Source: a phage
NCBI GenBank assembly: GCA_027218345.1
Contig: GCA_027218345.1_3950.1
DNA length: 64,000 bases
Strand: one strand, 5' to 3'
Shown here: positions 37,850 to 56,379 of the stretch, piece after piece
How the letters are laid out: every line of letters begins with the position of its first letter
Numbering within the stretch: the first letter of the stretch is position 1
Translations under genes and position numbers: made by a program
Notes under the pieces: generated by a model
What the model was told of the DNA's origin: nothing
Seen by the model: the letters and a program-made list of their open reading frames with translations, nothing else
Databases searched by the model: none

Positions 37850-38365
37850 ATGATTGATATCTACTTACAAGATGCTCATGCAGATTTCCTTAAAGAGATG
37901 CTTAAAAAGTTTATGGCTTCACAGTATGAGAATGAAGCATCTTTTAAAATAGTTACATGTGGTGATGAAGCTGGTTTTGTTGAGATTGAACATGAAGGTA
38001 CTGGTAAGACTGTTTGTAAGCTACCTGATAGTATGTTCTCTAACACATTCTTAACAAAGACTAGTATAAGTGTTAAGCTTGTTCCTCAGATTGAAACATA
38101 CTCTGGTACAGATTACCCTAAAGGCTTTAAGTCACTGATGAAGCACTTCTTGGATGACTTTGTAAGTAATCTTCTTAGTGAGATAACAGAAAGCCGTACA
38201 ATATTAACTGTAGAGAATATCGGAGGAACTATCAGGATTACTTCTGACCGCTACTCTATGAGTCTCTTCGACTTCGTTCCTAAGAACTTTGATGGTATTC
38301 TGGATGAAGAAGATGACTGTGTAGACTTTATATTGGTTCTTGAACCAGTTTTTGAGGTTAAATAA
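37850..38365 (+). CDS. hypothetical protein
   Basis: 171-aa ORF. Confidence 0.35.
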   Translation: MIDIYLQDAHADFLKEMLKKFMASQYENEASFKIVTCGDEAGFVEIEHEGTGKTVCKLPDSMFSNTFLTKTSISVKLVPQIETYSGTDYPKGFKSLMKHFLDDFVSNLLSEITESRTILTVENIGGTIRITSDRYSMSLFDFVPKNFDGILDEEDDCVDFILVLEPVFEVK

Positions 38366-38626
38366 ATGAAAATTGAACACTGCTATGAGTCTGATGGAAC
38401 ACCTATCCGTTGTCCACATTGTGGGTGTACAGACTTGCAAGGTGAAGTTCATGTGATTGTTAATGGTCATATAGCTGAAGAAAGTACTACATGTGTTGGT
38501 TGTGGTGAGCATCTATCATTCTGGGCTTATGGTTCATACCAACCTGCACCACACTTAATCTACCATAGCAATAAAGCTGTGAAGAATGTTATCAATTGGT
38601 TCATTAAGAAAGGATTTACAAAATGA
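38366..38626 (+). CDS. small zinc-ribbon protein
   Basis: CPHCGC...CVGCG Cys pairs. Confidence 0.3.
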   Translation: MKIEHCYESDGTPIRCPHCGCTDLQGEVHVIVNGHIAEESTTCVGCGEHLSFWAYGSYQPAPHLIYHSNKAVKNVINWFIKKGFTK

Positions 38627-39168
38627 TTAAATTAATCTTTGCAAGTGGTGAAAATGGTGAGTTTGGTACTCCAACTGGTATGCCGTGGCCTCGACATAAA
38701 CAGGACATGCAAGAGTTTAAGAGACTCACTAAAAACAACTTAGTAGTGATGGGTAACGAGACTTTCAAGACTCTGGGGAGTAAGCCTTTACCAGAACGTG
38801 CAAATCTCATCTTAACAAATTCTGTACCATATCTAGGCATAGACTTTGGCAAAGATGATGTGATGTATGCTAAGGCCAGCAAAGAATCCTTTGGAGCATT
38901 TTTGAAGTATCTTGATAGCTCTATTGATGAAGATGTCTTTGTAATTGGTGGTGCAGGTGTTCTTGTCAATGCTTTGCCGTATGCTGGTGTAGTTTTCCAT
39001 ACAGTTTTCCATAAAGTTACTGAAGAGGCCACTGTGTATTTACCTTTTGAAAACTTCTTTGATAAGCTGTATGATAACCGTGTATTTGCAAAGGTACAGT
39101 CAAGACCCTCAGATGATGGTAAAGCAACCTTTGAAATCTATGTTCCACAAGTAAAAGGGCACTTTTGA
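38623..39168 (+). CDS. folA: dihydrofolate reductase
   Basis: N-terminal MIKLIFA...GxPWxxxxD-type DHFR pattern, 181 aa, directly upstream of thymidylate synthase. Confidence 0.7.
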   Translation: MIKLIFASGENGEFGTPTGMPWPRHKQDMQEFKRLTKNNLVVMGNETFKTLGSKPLPERANLILTNSVPYLGIDFGKDDVMYAKASKESFGAFLKYLDSSIDEDVFVIGGAGVLVNALPYAGVVFHTVFHKVTEEATVYLPFENFFDKLYDNRVFAKVQSRPSDDGKATFEIYVPQVKGHF

Positions 39169-39169
39169 T

Positions 39170-40069
39170 ATGTCACAAGCTGATTTGAGTTACAAAAATA
39201 TCCTGAACCATGTTTTATCCGTTGGTGAACTGCGTACTACACGAACTGGAGACGTTATCTCTGCATTTGCTCCACCACAGTTTCGTTTTGATATGCGTAC
39301 TGGTTTCCCACTCTTAACATCTAAACAGGTGTTTACAAGGCAAGTTATTGGGGAAGCTTTATGGTTCCTGAATGGTGAGAATAAACTGGGTGAACTCCGT
39401 TACCGTACTTGGGGTGAAAATGACGGAGAACGTTGGACTATCTGGTCAGATGATTTTAAACGCTGGTTAAGTTCTAATTATTCTTCTGAACAAGATTGGT
39501 TAGAGGATGCAGGTGGAAGAATCTATGGGGTTCAGTGGAGAAACTTTGAAGGCCATAACGGTTGTGTTGTAGACCAGTTAGAGACCTTAGTAACGAAGAT
39601 GAAGGGTGATATCACAGACCGTTACATGCTTGTTAATGCTTGGAATGCAGCAGATATTGCAGCAAACTCAATGGCTCTAGCACCTTGTCATGTTCTGTTT
39701 CAGATTTATATTACTAACGAGGGTGAAGTTGACTTACAATGGTATCAGCGTTCTGTAGACACCTTTTTAGGACTTCCATTTAACATTGCATCTTATGGTT
39801 TTATTCTGGAAGTTCTTTGCAAGATGACTGGATACACTCCACGATACTTGATAGGTGTCTTTGGGGATACTCAGATTTATCAGAACCATATGAAGCAGGT
39901 TTATGAACTGATGAACAATGAAGAGTTCCATGCACCTACTTTTGAGATTGGTGTTCAGCTTAACACTCTAAGTGATTTAAAACATCTTACTGCAAGTGAT
40001 TTTATTGGTGGCATTAACAATTACCAACATGCAGGAAAGATTGAAGCACCTTTGTCAGTAGGTAAGTAA
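39170..40069 (+). CDS. thyA: thymidylate synthase
   Basis: Active-site region LAPCHVLFQ and conserved TS blocks (R..RTG..., DTFLGLPFN); 299 aa. Confidence 0.8.
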   Translation: MSQADLSYKNILNHVLSVGELRTTRTGDVISAFAPPQFRFDMRTGFPLLTSKQVFTRQVIGEALWFLNGENKLGELRYRTWGENDGERWTIWSDDFKRWLSSNYSSEQDWLEDAGGRIYGVQWRNFEGHNGCVVDQLETLVTKMKGDITDRYMLVNAWNAADIAANSMALAPCHVLFQIYITNEGEVDLQWYQRSVDTFLGLPFNIASYGFILEVLCKMTGYTPRYLIGVFGDTQIYQNHMKQVYELMNNEEFHAPTFEIGVQLNTLSDLKHLTASDFIGGINNYQHAGKIEAPLSVGK

Positions 40070-40071
40070 AA

Positions 40072-40115
40072 ACAAAAAAGGCTCCCGTAAAAAGGAGCCT
40101 TAAAATTTTATTTTT
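40072..40115. terminator. bidirectional rho-independent terminator at convergent junction
   Basis: AGGCTCC-CGTAAAAA-GGAGCCT hairpin flanked by A-run upstream and T-run downstream; between plus-strand thyA and minus-strand structural block. Confidence 0.6.
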
Positions 40116-40479
40116 CAGTATTCTTTGTGTTCTTCTCAGTAATAGCTTGGAGGGCTGATACTGATTGAGCCAGATTATTCACACTGTCAGAGAATTTATC
40201 AAGAGTTTTGGTAAGTTTTGCGTTTTCACCCTTAACATTCTCTAACTGAACTTTCTGGTTCTCCATCCCTAGCTGAATCAGTCTCATGTCAGACTGTAAA
40301 TCACGAATAGCTGAATAGTTACTTTTGGAATAATTATCTAGCTGCTGTAACTTTGTTGTGACAGACACTTCTTGCTTACCACTTGAAACTTGCATAGTGG
40401 TATACATCCCAATAACACTAAAAATACCAACTACAATTGCACCAATATTATTTTTAAAAGCTTCCTCTAGCCACTTCAT
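40108..40479 (-). CDS. membrane-anchored coiled-coil protein
   Basis: N-terminal TM (IGAIVVGIFSVIGMY) then coiled coil; last gene of structural block. Confidence 0.35.
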   Translation of the reverse strand: MKWLEEAFKNNIGAIVVGIFSVIGMYTTMQVSSGKQEVSVTTKLQQLDNYSKSNYSAIRDLQSDMRLIQLGMENQKVQLENVKGENAKLTKTLDKFSDSVNNLAQSVSALQAITEKNTKNTEK

Positions 40480-40673
40480 TTATTCTCCCCCTTAAAAGCT
40501 TTTTCTAAGTTATCTACGAACTCATCATCAATAGGTGTGTCTGTTTTACTCGCAAGGTATCTTGCAAGCCTAAAGAACACTTTCTCAATCATGTATTCAC
40601 TTAGAAGGGATAAAATGAGTTTCCAGAAGAAGCTACCTAGATTTTTTAGAAGAATTGCTAGGATTGTAGGCAT
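40476..40673 (-). CDS. small membrane protein
   Basis: 65 aa, one hydrophobic helix and charged C-terminus. Confidence 0.3.
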   Translation of the reverse strand: MPTILAILLKNLGSFFWKLILSLLSEYMIEKVFFRLARYLASKTDTPIDDEFVDNLEKAFKGENK

Positions 40674-40752
40674 TTAATCACCTCATCAGCCAAGATGGTG
40701 AGAATACCCATAAAGAATATTAACACCATCTTAACAATCAGTCAACAAGGGA

Positions 40753-43143
40753 TTAAGCAGCTCTCACCCAAGCCATTAACTTGTAGAACTGGTTAGTAAC
40801 ACTAAATGCTGACCCAGAACCTGTACCACCAGTGTTACCACTGACTGTGTGGCTGTGAGCACCAATACCTACAGAGTGGGAATGGTCGCCAGCACCGCTT
40901 GTAGTACCAGACCATGTATGTGTATGGTTACCAGTTGTGTTAGTGTTAGGGAATTTATTGTCCCTTCTGTCAAGCCAGTCAAGAGTTCTCGTCTTGTTAT
41001 TGCTAACAGTTGTATAACCGTACTGAGCATCACCACCATTAACCAATAGCAGACCTAAGTGGTGAGCGTGGTTACCAGCAGCACTTGTTGTACCACTTAC
41101 AGAGTGAGTATGACCACCAGTGCTATTAGTGTTCTTCGTACCATAATCAAAAGATGAAGTGGTAGCAGAGAATCTATGGGTGTGTGATGGTAAGTTGCCA
41201 ACAGATAGCGTCACAGAATCTGAACCACCAGTTGTAGCAACATCTGAACCATTTGCTGCTGCAATTCTGATAGTTCTCCCAACACCATTGTTCAGGTACG
41301 TCCAAGTTAGACCAGGAAGTGCTGTATTAGGGTCAACATTACTGTTAAACCACGTTACGATACCTACTGGATAGATTTTGTTAAGGTCTGTAGAGTCACT
41401 TACTGCCTGTGCAATCTTCTGGTCAGTTTCTGCTTTAGTGTATGCACCAATTTCTGAAGGGGTTGGTTTATCTTGGTCTGTATAGATTTTAGACCATACC
41501 TGCTCAAAGCCATACCCATCTCGTGCTGTTCTATACCAAAAACCCCCATTTCTGTAGAGAAATTTTAACTGAACGGCTGGTGTAGAACCAAGACCCTGAA
41601 ACATATGGTAGACTAGCTGTGTTGAACCAGCAGTTTTATCCGTAACACTATACAGACCTGTTTTTGCATTCCATGCAACACCATCACCATCCTTTTCAGA
41701 AGCTGTGCCAGTAACACTTGCGAGCATATACCTAGAGTTTGCGGCAGATTGGGTATAGTATCTAGCATCTAAGTTAGAGAAGTCAGATGGTTGAACTTGA
41801 CCAGTAATGATTAGATTCTTATTAGCCTTAATCGCTGAAGGCATAAGAGTAATTTGAGTCCCAGAGTAGCTGTTGTTTAAGGCTACATCATTAGAGTTTG
41901 TGCCACCTACACCTACCCACCACCTAGATACATTCTCAGTGTCAACACCACGGATATATTGTGGAAGCCCCTGTGTTAAGTTCCTCAATACTAAGCCTTC
42001 ATTATTTGATACAATAGTCTGCACATTCACGAAAGTGTTAGACACATTAATCTTAGCAAGATTATTCAAAGTAGCTGCTGGAATATATCTAGAGTCAATG
42101 TTAGTCCAATCAGATGGTTGAACTTGACCAGTGATTTTTACACTCTTATTAAATGTAGCACCAGACGAGTTTAAGACAATTGAGGTATTGCCCTTGTAAT
42201 CGTAAAATGTGATATTGTCATTTGCATCACCTTTACCGATATACCACAGATTATTGTTTTCAACATCTTTTGCTAGGATGAACAAAGACTCATTAACAGC
42301 TTTATTTTTTAGCATGATAGCAGCAGCATTAGAGCTAACACTAACATAGTTGCTGAAGGTGTTTAAACCACTAAAAGTGTTATTCGCAGTTAACTGTGCA
42401 AACCTCTGATTAGCAACTGTCTGAGTGAAGTATCTAGCATCTAAGTTAGAGAAGTCAGAAGGCTGAACTTGACCCATGACTCTTAGTGTCTTGTTAAATG
42501 ACGCTGTTGCGTCAAGGGTTAACATTGAGCCAGTGGCATGATTGTACAGATAAACATTAGTGTTGTTTGCATTTCCCTGTCCAACATACCACGTTTGCTG
42601 GTTATTAGCATCTCTACCCTGAATATATGAAGCTCCTGCATTAGTTGCTTTCTTAAGAGTTAACTGCTCACCATCAACGACAATTGCTTGCCTAATGTTG
42701 AAGTTATTTGTTACAGCCAACCTTGCATATCTTGCATCATTCTCTTCATTAGTTCTCATCCCAAGTTCATTAGGACTTGGTTTATTCAGAGTATGATAAA
42801 CAGTTGCTGACCTTGAAGCATCTGCAATAGTTAGCCTAAGACCATTTGCGTTAATTTTAAAAGTCTTTAAAACATCACCAATATTAATCTCAGAAGAGCC
42901 TGTAGGGTCAAAGACTGCCTTGCCACCGTAAAGTAACTTAACAATTCCTAAGTCACCCTTCATAGTGCTACCAACAATCTGAACAAATCTTTCAAGTTTA
43001 AAAGATGCTAAGAAGTCTTGATAGGTCATTCGACGGTCTTCATCACCCAGCATTTCAGGTCTCTTTTTAACTCTGACATGAAGAAGGTCATCTGAACGGA
43101 TTGTATCGATTGAGTTTAATTCACTCAACTTGTAATCTGCCAT
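40753..43143 (-). CDS. tail fibre protein with three internal repeats and His-rich C-terminal tip
   Basis: 796 aa; three copies of GQVQPSD(F/W)(S/T)N(L/I)D(A/S)RY about 110 aa apart; C-terminal HxH clusters ([30 protein letters not shown]). Confidence 0.6.
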   Translation of the reverse strand: MADYKLSELNSIDTIRSDDLLHVRVKKRPEMLGDEDRRMTYQDFLASFKLERFVQIVGSTMKGDLGIVKLLYGGKAVFDPTGSSEINIGDVLKTFKINANGLRLTIADASRSATVYHTLNKPSPNELGMRTNEENDARYARLAVTNNFNIRQAIVVDGEQLTLKKATNAGASYIQGRDANNQQTWYVGQGNANNTNVYLYNHATGSMLTLDATASFNKTLRVMGQVQPSDFSNLDARYFTQTVANQRFAQLTANNTFSGLNTFSNYVSVSSNAAAIMLKNKAVNESLFILAKDVENNNLWYIGKGDANDNITFYDYKGNTSIVLNSSGATFNKSVKITGQVQPSDWTNIDSRYIPAATLNNLAKINVSNTFVNVQTIVSNNEGLVLRNLTQGLPQYIRGVDTENVSRWWVGVGGTNSNDVALNNSYSGTQITLMPSAIKANKNLIITGQVQPSDFSNLDARYYTQSAANSRYMLASVTGTASEKDGDGVAWNAKTGLYSVTDKTAGSTQLVYHMFQGLGSTPAVQLKFLYRNGGFWYRTARDGYGFEQVWSKIYTDQDKPTPSEIGAYTKAETDQKIAQAVSDSTDLNKIYPVGIVTWFNSNVDPNTALPGLTWTYLNNGVGRTIRIAAANGSDVATTGGSDSVTLSVGNLPSHTHRFSATTSSFDYGTKNTNSTGGHTHSVSGTTSAAGNHAHHLGLLLVNGGDAQYGYTTVSNNKTRTLDWLDRRDNKFPNTNTTGNHTHTWSGTTSGAGDHSHSVGIGAHSHTVSGNTGGTGSGSAFSVTNQFYKLMAWVRAA

Positions 43144-43157
43144 TATAAATTTTCCTC

Positions 43158-43180
43158 TTAAAAGGGGCTATCAAGCCCCT
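43158..43180 (-). terminator. hairpin (AGGGGCT-ATCA-AGCCCCT) between the two tail fibre genes
   Basis: 7-bp GC stem with A-run on plus side; followed by RBS AAGAGGA before 43143 start. Confidence 0.45.
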
Positions 43181-43189
43181 GTAAAGAAA

Positions 43190-44377
43190 TTAAGCTGTTC
43201 TCTGCCATACATACAGTACGAAGGATGGCTGCTCAATGTTGAAAGCTTGTCCACCACCAACACTGTTAGTGTTCCCGCTATGTGTATGCTCAGAAGAAGA
43301 AACTGTCACAGTACCATTGTGTGTATGTGAACCAATGCCAACCGTATGGCTGTGAGCACCAATACCAACCGTGTGGCTGTGGTTACCAGTCGTGTTAGTG
43401 GTAACACTGAAAGAGTGAGTGTGTGAACCAGCGACTTCACAGACAGCATCTGCTGAGTACCATGATTGGTCATTCCTTGTAGACCAAACCATTGCAGGTC
43501 TTTCCGATAGACCGCCACCTGCTTCATAGGTCAATCTGTGGTTGTGAGCACCAGCAGCACTTGTTGACCCACTACCAACGTGATTGTGGTTACCAGTTGT
43601 GTTAGTGGTCTTAGTCCCATAGTCAAAAGAGTTGGTAGTCTTAGTTCCATAATCAAAAGCTGAAATTGACACCGTTGCATTGTGGGTGTGACCACCACCA
43701 CTAAGAGACACAGAGTGAGAGTGTTGAGGCATGTTATTAACTGACAAAGTGACAGTTGAAGCACCAAATACAGAACCTGCTGGTCTTGTTTCAGAGTCAT
43801 AACCAACCAATGCTCTACCTTTTGAAACTAACTCCCAAGTTCCTCCACAAATTAAATACGTAGAAGGGTTTGCAGAGTTCATGGAAAGATGGATAGTGCC
43901 TACTGGATAAGAAGCCTGAACAGCCTTGTACAAGTTATTTACTGCTCTTGCCGTAGCATACTTATCTGCATCTTCGTTATAAAGGTTGGATGTTGTCCAG
44001 TTCTGAACATTACTCAATCCTACCTGTGCCTTAGTTGTATTGTGTGGGTTGCTCTTGTCCTGAATATGCTGTTGAACAAGATTATTAACCTCTTCTGAAG
44101 ACATAATCTGTAGATTTGCTCTTGCCTGAGCTACATTAGTAACATCTGATAAGTTATTTGCAGCAACTAACTGAAGAGCATTAATAACATTATCTAAACC
44201 AATTTGTGTTTTAGTAACGCCATGTGGGTTATTTCTTAGGCTTGAGTGTGGAGCAAGTAATTGCTCAAGAGTACATCTCTTATCCTCAATACCCTGCTTA
44301 AGATGGAAGATATCACTAAGGTCAATTGGTAAGGCTGCTTGAGGCAAGGCACTAATTTGAATTTCACCTACTGCCAT
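43190..44377 (-). CDS. tail fibre protein with His-rich tip domain
   Basis: 395 aa; repeated HxH motifs ([39 protein letters not shown]); tandem FDYGTKTTN duplication. Confidence 0.55.
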   Translation of the reverse strand: MAVGEIQISALPQAALPIDLSDIFHLKQGIEDKRCTLEQLLAPHSSLRNNPHGVTKTQIGLDNVINALQLVAANNLSDVTNVAQARANLQIMSSEEVNNLVQQHIQDKSNPHNTTKAQVGLSNVQNWTTSNLYNEDADKYATARAVNNLYKAVQASYPVGTIHLSMNSANPSTYLICGGTWELVSKGRALVGYDSETRPAGSVFGASTVTLSVNNMPQHSHSVSLSGGGHTHNATVSISAFDYGTKTTNSFDYGTKTTNTTGNHNHVGSGSTSAAGAHNHRLTYEAGGGLSERPAMVWSTRNDQSWYSADAVCEVAGSHTHSFSVTTNTTGNHSHTVGIGAHSHTVGIGSHTHNGTVTVSSSEHTHSGNTNSVGGGQAFNIEQPSFVLYVWQRTA

Positions 44378-44379
44378 TA

Positions 44380-52395
<8,016 letters not shown>

Positions 52396-52396
<1 letters not shown>

Positions 52397-52635
52397 TACA
52401 TTTTTCCTGCTCTTCTAAGTTCGTTGTAAGCAATTTCCTCTTTATACGACCTCTGAATTTCAAGAAATTGTCTCAATGATAATAAATCAGAGAATGTCAT
52501 AGCAAAGAGTTGGTCAAGTGTTTCTTTACACCCTTCCATACCATAAATAGCAAGCACAAATTTCATCTCGTCTGCTTCTTCATAGGTTGCCTCTACAGCA
52601 GCATCAGTTAGTGGTGTCTGTAGAGTGTTACCCAT
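52396..52635 (-). CDS. tail assembly chaperone, frameshift extension (T-domain-like)
   Basis: 79-aa ORF in -1 frame relative to upstream chaperone ORF. Confidence 0.5.
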
Positions 52636-52637
52636 GT

Positions 52638-53036
52638 TTACTGAGAAGTTAGGCTTTTGAAAATGCTTGCTTCGAAAAAACTTCCGAAGTTTGCCTCCAG
52701 CGCAAATGCTAAGTAATCAATAAACTCGCCATAGTTTGCTTGGAAGTACGTATCAATATTAAGTGGGAAGTCATCAACAGTTGCCCCTTGAAATAACAGG
52801 GTAGCCATTTCTTCAAGGTTAATTTCTTCAATTCTGTCAAAACAAGCTTCAACAAGTTCTTTAAATGGAACCATTGGAGCTTCTTTCTTACCCTTGTCAG
52901 TCAGACTTGAAAGCATCTGTGCAAAAGTTGGAACAACAATTTTACCCAACTTCATAGACATCTTAATACCATCTCTTGCCCCAAGCAGAACGATATTTAC
53001 TTTCTTACCATTAATTACTCTAGATTCTGTTTTCAT
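52638..53036 (-). CDS. tail assembly chaperone (G-like)
   Basis: 132-aa ORF between tube and tape measure genes; contains slippery TTTTTTC near its 3' end. Confidence 0.5.
   Translation of the reverse strand: MKTESRVINGKKVNIVLLGARDGIKMSMKLGKIVVPTFAQMLSSLTDKGKKEAPMVPFKELVEACFDRIEEINLEEMATLLFQGATVDDFPLNIDTYFQANYGEFIDYLAFALEANFGSFFEASIFKSLTSQ
52674..52680 (-). other. -1 programmed ribosomal frameshift slippery heptamer T_TTT_TTC
   Basis: In-frame X_XXY_YYZ heptamer (codons TTT TTC = FF in ...GSFFEAS...); -1 frame stays open into downstream 79-aa ORF. Confidence 0.5.
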
Positions 53037-53062
53037 TGTGATTCCTTAATACTTTTAAAAGA

Positions 53063-53097
53063 AACAAAAAAGGGGAAGACCTTTTAAAGTCTCCCCC
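53063..53097 (-). terminator. rho-independent terminator after tail tube gene
   Basis: GGGGAAGAC...GTCTCCCC hairpin with A-run on plus side. Confidence 0.45.
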
Positions 53098-53109
53098 TTA
53101 TAGGATTTA

Positions 53110-53556
53110 TTAAACACTTGACGCTGGAATTGTAGAAGTGTAGTCTAACTTCTCACAACCAAAAATCCAAGTTTTAGAGTTCTGGTCACGACCAAGTTCA
53201 ATCTGTGGTAATTCCTGCAACCAAGCATTAATACCAGTTGCCAGAACAGAGCCTGATGGGTCGTAGATTACGAAGTTAGAAGAGATATCTTCTTCAAGTT
53301 CCATATTGTCTTGTTTAGCTTGAATTGCAGAAAGCATCTGGTTAGAGAGAGAAGTCTGCATTAACTCAATCTCAATAGTACCTGTCTTGTCTGCATTTCT
53401 TGTCAGAGCAACTTGACCACCTGCACCAACAACTGGTGTCACAAGCGGTGATGTTCTCTGTAGACGCAAGAATGAATCTGGGGCAAAGCCTTCAATGGCA
53501 ATACCATTCCAGCTACATACAACGTCTTTAGGGGAATATTGCTGATACATAGCCAT
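53110..53556 (-). CDS. tail tube protein
   Basis: 148 aa, follows sheath gene and precedes chaperones. Confidence 0.5.
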   Translation of the reverse strand: MAMYQQYSPKDVVCSWNGIAIEGFAPDSFLRLQRTSPLVTPVVGAGGQVALTRNADKTGTIEIELMQTSLSNQMLSAIQAKQDNMELEEDISSNFVIYDPSGSVLATGINAWLQELPQIELGRDQNSKTWIFGCEKLDYTSTIPASSV

Positions 53557-53571
53557 TCCAATTTACCTCTA

Positions 53572-54924
53572 TTATTCGTAAGCCACTGTACCTTTCAAGT
53601 CAACATCCAAGATAGCCCCTGCTAAGATACCTGCGAAGGTAACATCTTTCAGGATACGAGCTTTCTTGTCTGCCAAAGCAACTTGAGAGGCTTTAGGAAC
53701 ATTAACTGTGTAAGATGACAGGAAGTTTCTGTTGACTGCTCTTTGTAGAGAGGTTTCAATGACTTGACGAATACGGGTAATACCAGTATCATCATAAGTA
53801 ATCTTACCACCCTTCTGGTTAATTAGCAAGTCTCTCAGAGAAGTTTTCAGGTCTGATTCTAACCAGTCAACGCCACGGACGATATCAATCCATTCCCCAC
53901 CAGAAGTAATCCCTCTACGAACCACTGGAACACCACCATCAAGGTCAATAAAGTTACAGTGACGTACATCTAAAGCAGACTTCTGAATACTTGTCAGAGG
54001 TCTCTGATTAGATGGTTGTAGAGAAGCTGCTACACCAGTTAGCTGAGCATTACCCCAAGCAATTGAACCTGCATCATATGGAGCACCATAAGCAATGTAT
54101 GCCATCTCTGGATAGTCTTCTGCTGCTGCGTGATGCCACAAGCAAACTGTGTGAGTATACATGCTCTTAGCAAGCTGTGCTGGAACATCACTTGCACTGG
54201 CTAATTCTGTACCTTGTAGTGCTGATACATCAGAGTTAGCAGTGAAGAAGATTTTCTTACGAGCCTGAATCTCAGAAGCCATTGCTAAGACAAACTGTTG
54301 AGTTCTGTCTTCTGCTGCAATGAAATACCAGTCAGTAGAATAAGCTTCAATAGCTGCCAGAGCAGTTGATGCTGTATCAGCAGTTGTACTTGCAATATAC
54401 ACAGTCTGTGCTGTAGTTGTTACTTTCACAAAGTCATTATCACCCGCTTTGGTAATAACCATTGTGGCAGAACCATTGCTACCAGTTACATTCACAGAAA
54501 CCTTATCTTTGATTGTTGGGTCAGCTTCAATCTGTGTTTTAAACTGTTGCAACACTACCTCAGCAGTGTCTGAGTCTTGTGCTGTGTACTGGTATGGTTG
54601 AGAGATTCCGCCGCCAGCAGCTACAGTAATTGAGTAGTCTGTACTTTCTGTAACGGCATCAGGAATTGATACAGTGTACTGCATAGCACGTCTACCAATA
54701 TAAAGCTGAGTTACTTTAGGAGTCTGACTCCAAAGTTGTTTAGCAGCCTTATATGCAGCAGAGTTTTCATCGAAATCTTCAGCAACTTCAGTTAAGGAAG
54801 TGTAACCACGTACTCTTTCTTCAAAGTTATCTGTTGAAGCTAAGAATAGTGGCAAACCAAAACCTTCTCTTGTAGTTCCTGCGGTGTTCAATGTAATATC
54901 TACATTAACAATTGGATTCCACAT
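53572..54924 (-). CDS. tail sheath protein
   Basis: 450 aa, position upstream of tube gene; contractile-tail gene order. Confidence 0.55.
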   Translation of the reverse strand: MWNPIVNVDITLNTAGTTREGFGLPLFLASTDNFEERVRGYTSLTEVAEDFDENSAAYKAAKQLWSQTPKVTQLYIGRRAMQYTVSIPDAVTESTDYSITVAAGGGISQPYQYTAQDSDTAEVVLQQFKTQIEADPTIKDKVSVNVTGSNGSATMVITKAGDNDFVKVTTTAQTVYIASTTADTASTALAAIEAYSTDWYFIAAEDRTQQFVLAMASEIQARKKIFFTANSDVSALQGTELASASDVPAQLAKSMYTHTVCLWHHAAAEDYPEMAYIAYGAPYDAGSIAWGNAQLTGVAASLQPSNQRPLTSIQKSALDVRHCNFIDLDGGVPVVRRGITSGGEWIDIVRGVDWLESDLKTSLRDLLINQKGGKITYDDTGITRIRQVIETSLQRAVNRNFLSSYTVNVPKASQVALADKKARILKDVTFAGILAGAILDVDLKGTVAYE

Positions 54925-55524
54925 TTATTTTACCCCTTTGGAGTCTACATCTAGATGGATAGTATATTCTGGTGGCTCTTGTCCTTCTTCATAAACCAAC
55001 TCACCATCAACAATGACACGCTCAATAATACTTCCACGTTCATCTTTTAGGACTGAGTTCTTTACAAGAGTTACAACAAGAGGTGCAGAATTTTCGAAAT
55101 CTGTATTGAGATAAGTGTAATCATTTGGGATTGCTCCAGTGTCCAGTACTGTAGCTCCTGTTTCTTCAAGAATTAAATCCCTGACTGAACTCATCTCTAA
55201 TCGTTGTTTAAGCTCAAGCATAATGCTGTGAGCACCTTTACCATTCACCGTAATTAATACTGGAATCTGAAAAGCAATTCTGTAGCAAACTACATCATCC
55301 TCAACAAACTTATCAAGAACCCAACCATAAGGTGTTGCAGCATCTTGACAATATACGGTAATAAATGGCTGGTCAGGTTTTAAACCTTTGTCATTTGAGT
55401 TATCAGAAGGGTAAGCTCTAATTACATTCGGTCTATTATTTTTATCACGAGCTAGTCTGTGACCAATAACATCCACTAAGGTTCTAACTAGACCTTTTTC
55501 AAGTTCTGCTGTTTCTAACTGCAT
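54925..55524 (-). CDS. tail/neck completion protein
   Basis: 199 aa between capsid and sheath genes. Confidence 0.3.
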   Translation of the reverse strand: MQLETAELEKGLVRTLVDVIGHRLARDKNNRPNVIRAYPSDNSNDKGLKPDQPFITVYCQDAATPYGWVLDKFVEDDVVCYRIAFQIPVLITVNGKGAHSIMLELKQRLEMSSVRDLILEETGATVLDTGAIPNDYTYLNTDFENSAPLVVTLVKNSVLKDERGSIIERVIVDGELVYEEGQEPPEYTIHLDVDSKGVK

Positions 55525-55900
55525 TCATTTTATCCCTTCTAATAATGATATATTCATAATGGGACGTATGGGCTAATTGCTGTGACCAATCCATAGTCAT
55601 AAATACTTCATACTCATGACCATCAATCATAACAATATCAGACTCATTCCACTCTACATCATCTGAAGTTCTAAGTTTATATGTGGTATACAGGATTCTT
55701 GTATCGGTAAGCCTAATACCTTCCGGTAAAGCAATCTGTGTACCATTCTTTACAGAACCTTTGATATATGGCTGGATATTACCTTTACAGTTAACCTCTA
55801 CAATATCTTGTGAAGCTACCCAATCACCATCATCATTATAATAACCGTCTTCAGAGACTTTACGCTTTACTACAAAGCTGTGTCTGTTTAAGAGTCTCAT
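55499..55900 (-). CDS. head-tail connector protein
   Basis: 133 aa, positional. Confidence 0.3.
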   Translation of the reverse strand: MRLLNRHSFVVKRKVSEDGYYNDDGDWVASQDIVEVNCKGNIQPYIKGSVKNGTQIALPEGIRLTDTRILYTTYKLRTSDDVEWNESDIVMIDGHEYEVFMTMDWSQQLAHTSHYEYIIIRRDKMNAVRNSRT

Positions 55901-56379
55901 TTTTTAATACCCTTCTTAGTAGAAATTTTATAAGCAAGGTTATCTCTTAAGTCACCTGTCTCAACAAGAGGTGCATTAAAGCCTTTTTTCTTGACTGTGG
56001 AAGGTGCGTTAGGAGGGAGGATAGCAGAATTACCAAAACCTCTTTTAATTGCCTTCTGAGCATTCTTTGCAAATGCTTCTAAGGTATTTGAAGGGTCTGT
56101 GTTGAGACTGCTAAGTTGCTTATATAGATTCTTCTTAGTCTGCTCTAACAAGGTCTGTCTGTTTAGCATCATAGTGATTTCAAACAACCTACGATATACT
56201 TTACCAGAAGCTGAAGGAACCCCAATAACTTCTTGTAAATACATTAAAGCAGGATAAGAAAAACCAGAGCTATGTTGACCTTGTTCTTGAAAATACCCAA
56301 CTTGAGCATTAGCCGTTTGCAAGTTCTTCATAGCCCCGACTAATTTTGCTCTAGCGGGGTGAATAACCCTTTTAACCAT
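55897..56379 (-). CDS. head-tail connector protein
   Basis: 160 aa, positional. Confidence 0.3.
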   Translation of the reverse strand: MVKRVIHPARAKLVGAMKNLQTANAQVGYFQEQGQHSSGFSYPALMYLQEVIGVPSASGKVYRRLFEITMMLNRQTLLEQTKKNLYKQLSSLNTDPSNTLEAFAKNAQKAIKRGFGNSAILPPNAPSTVKKKGFNAPLVETGDLRDNLAYKISTKKGIKK

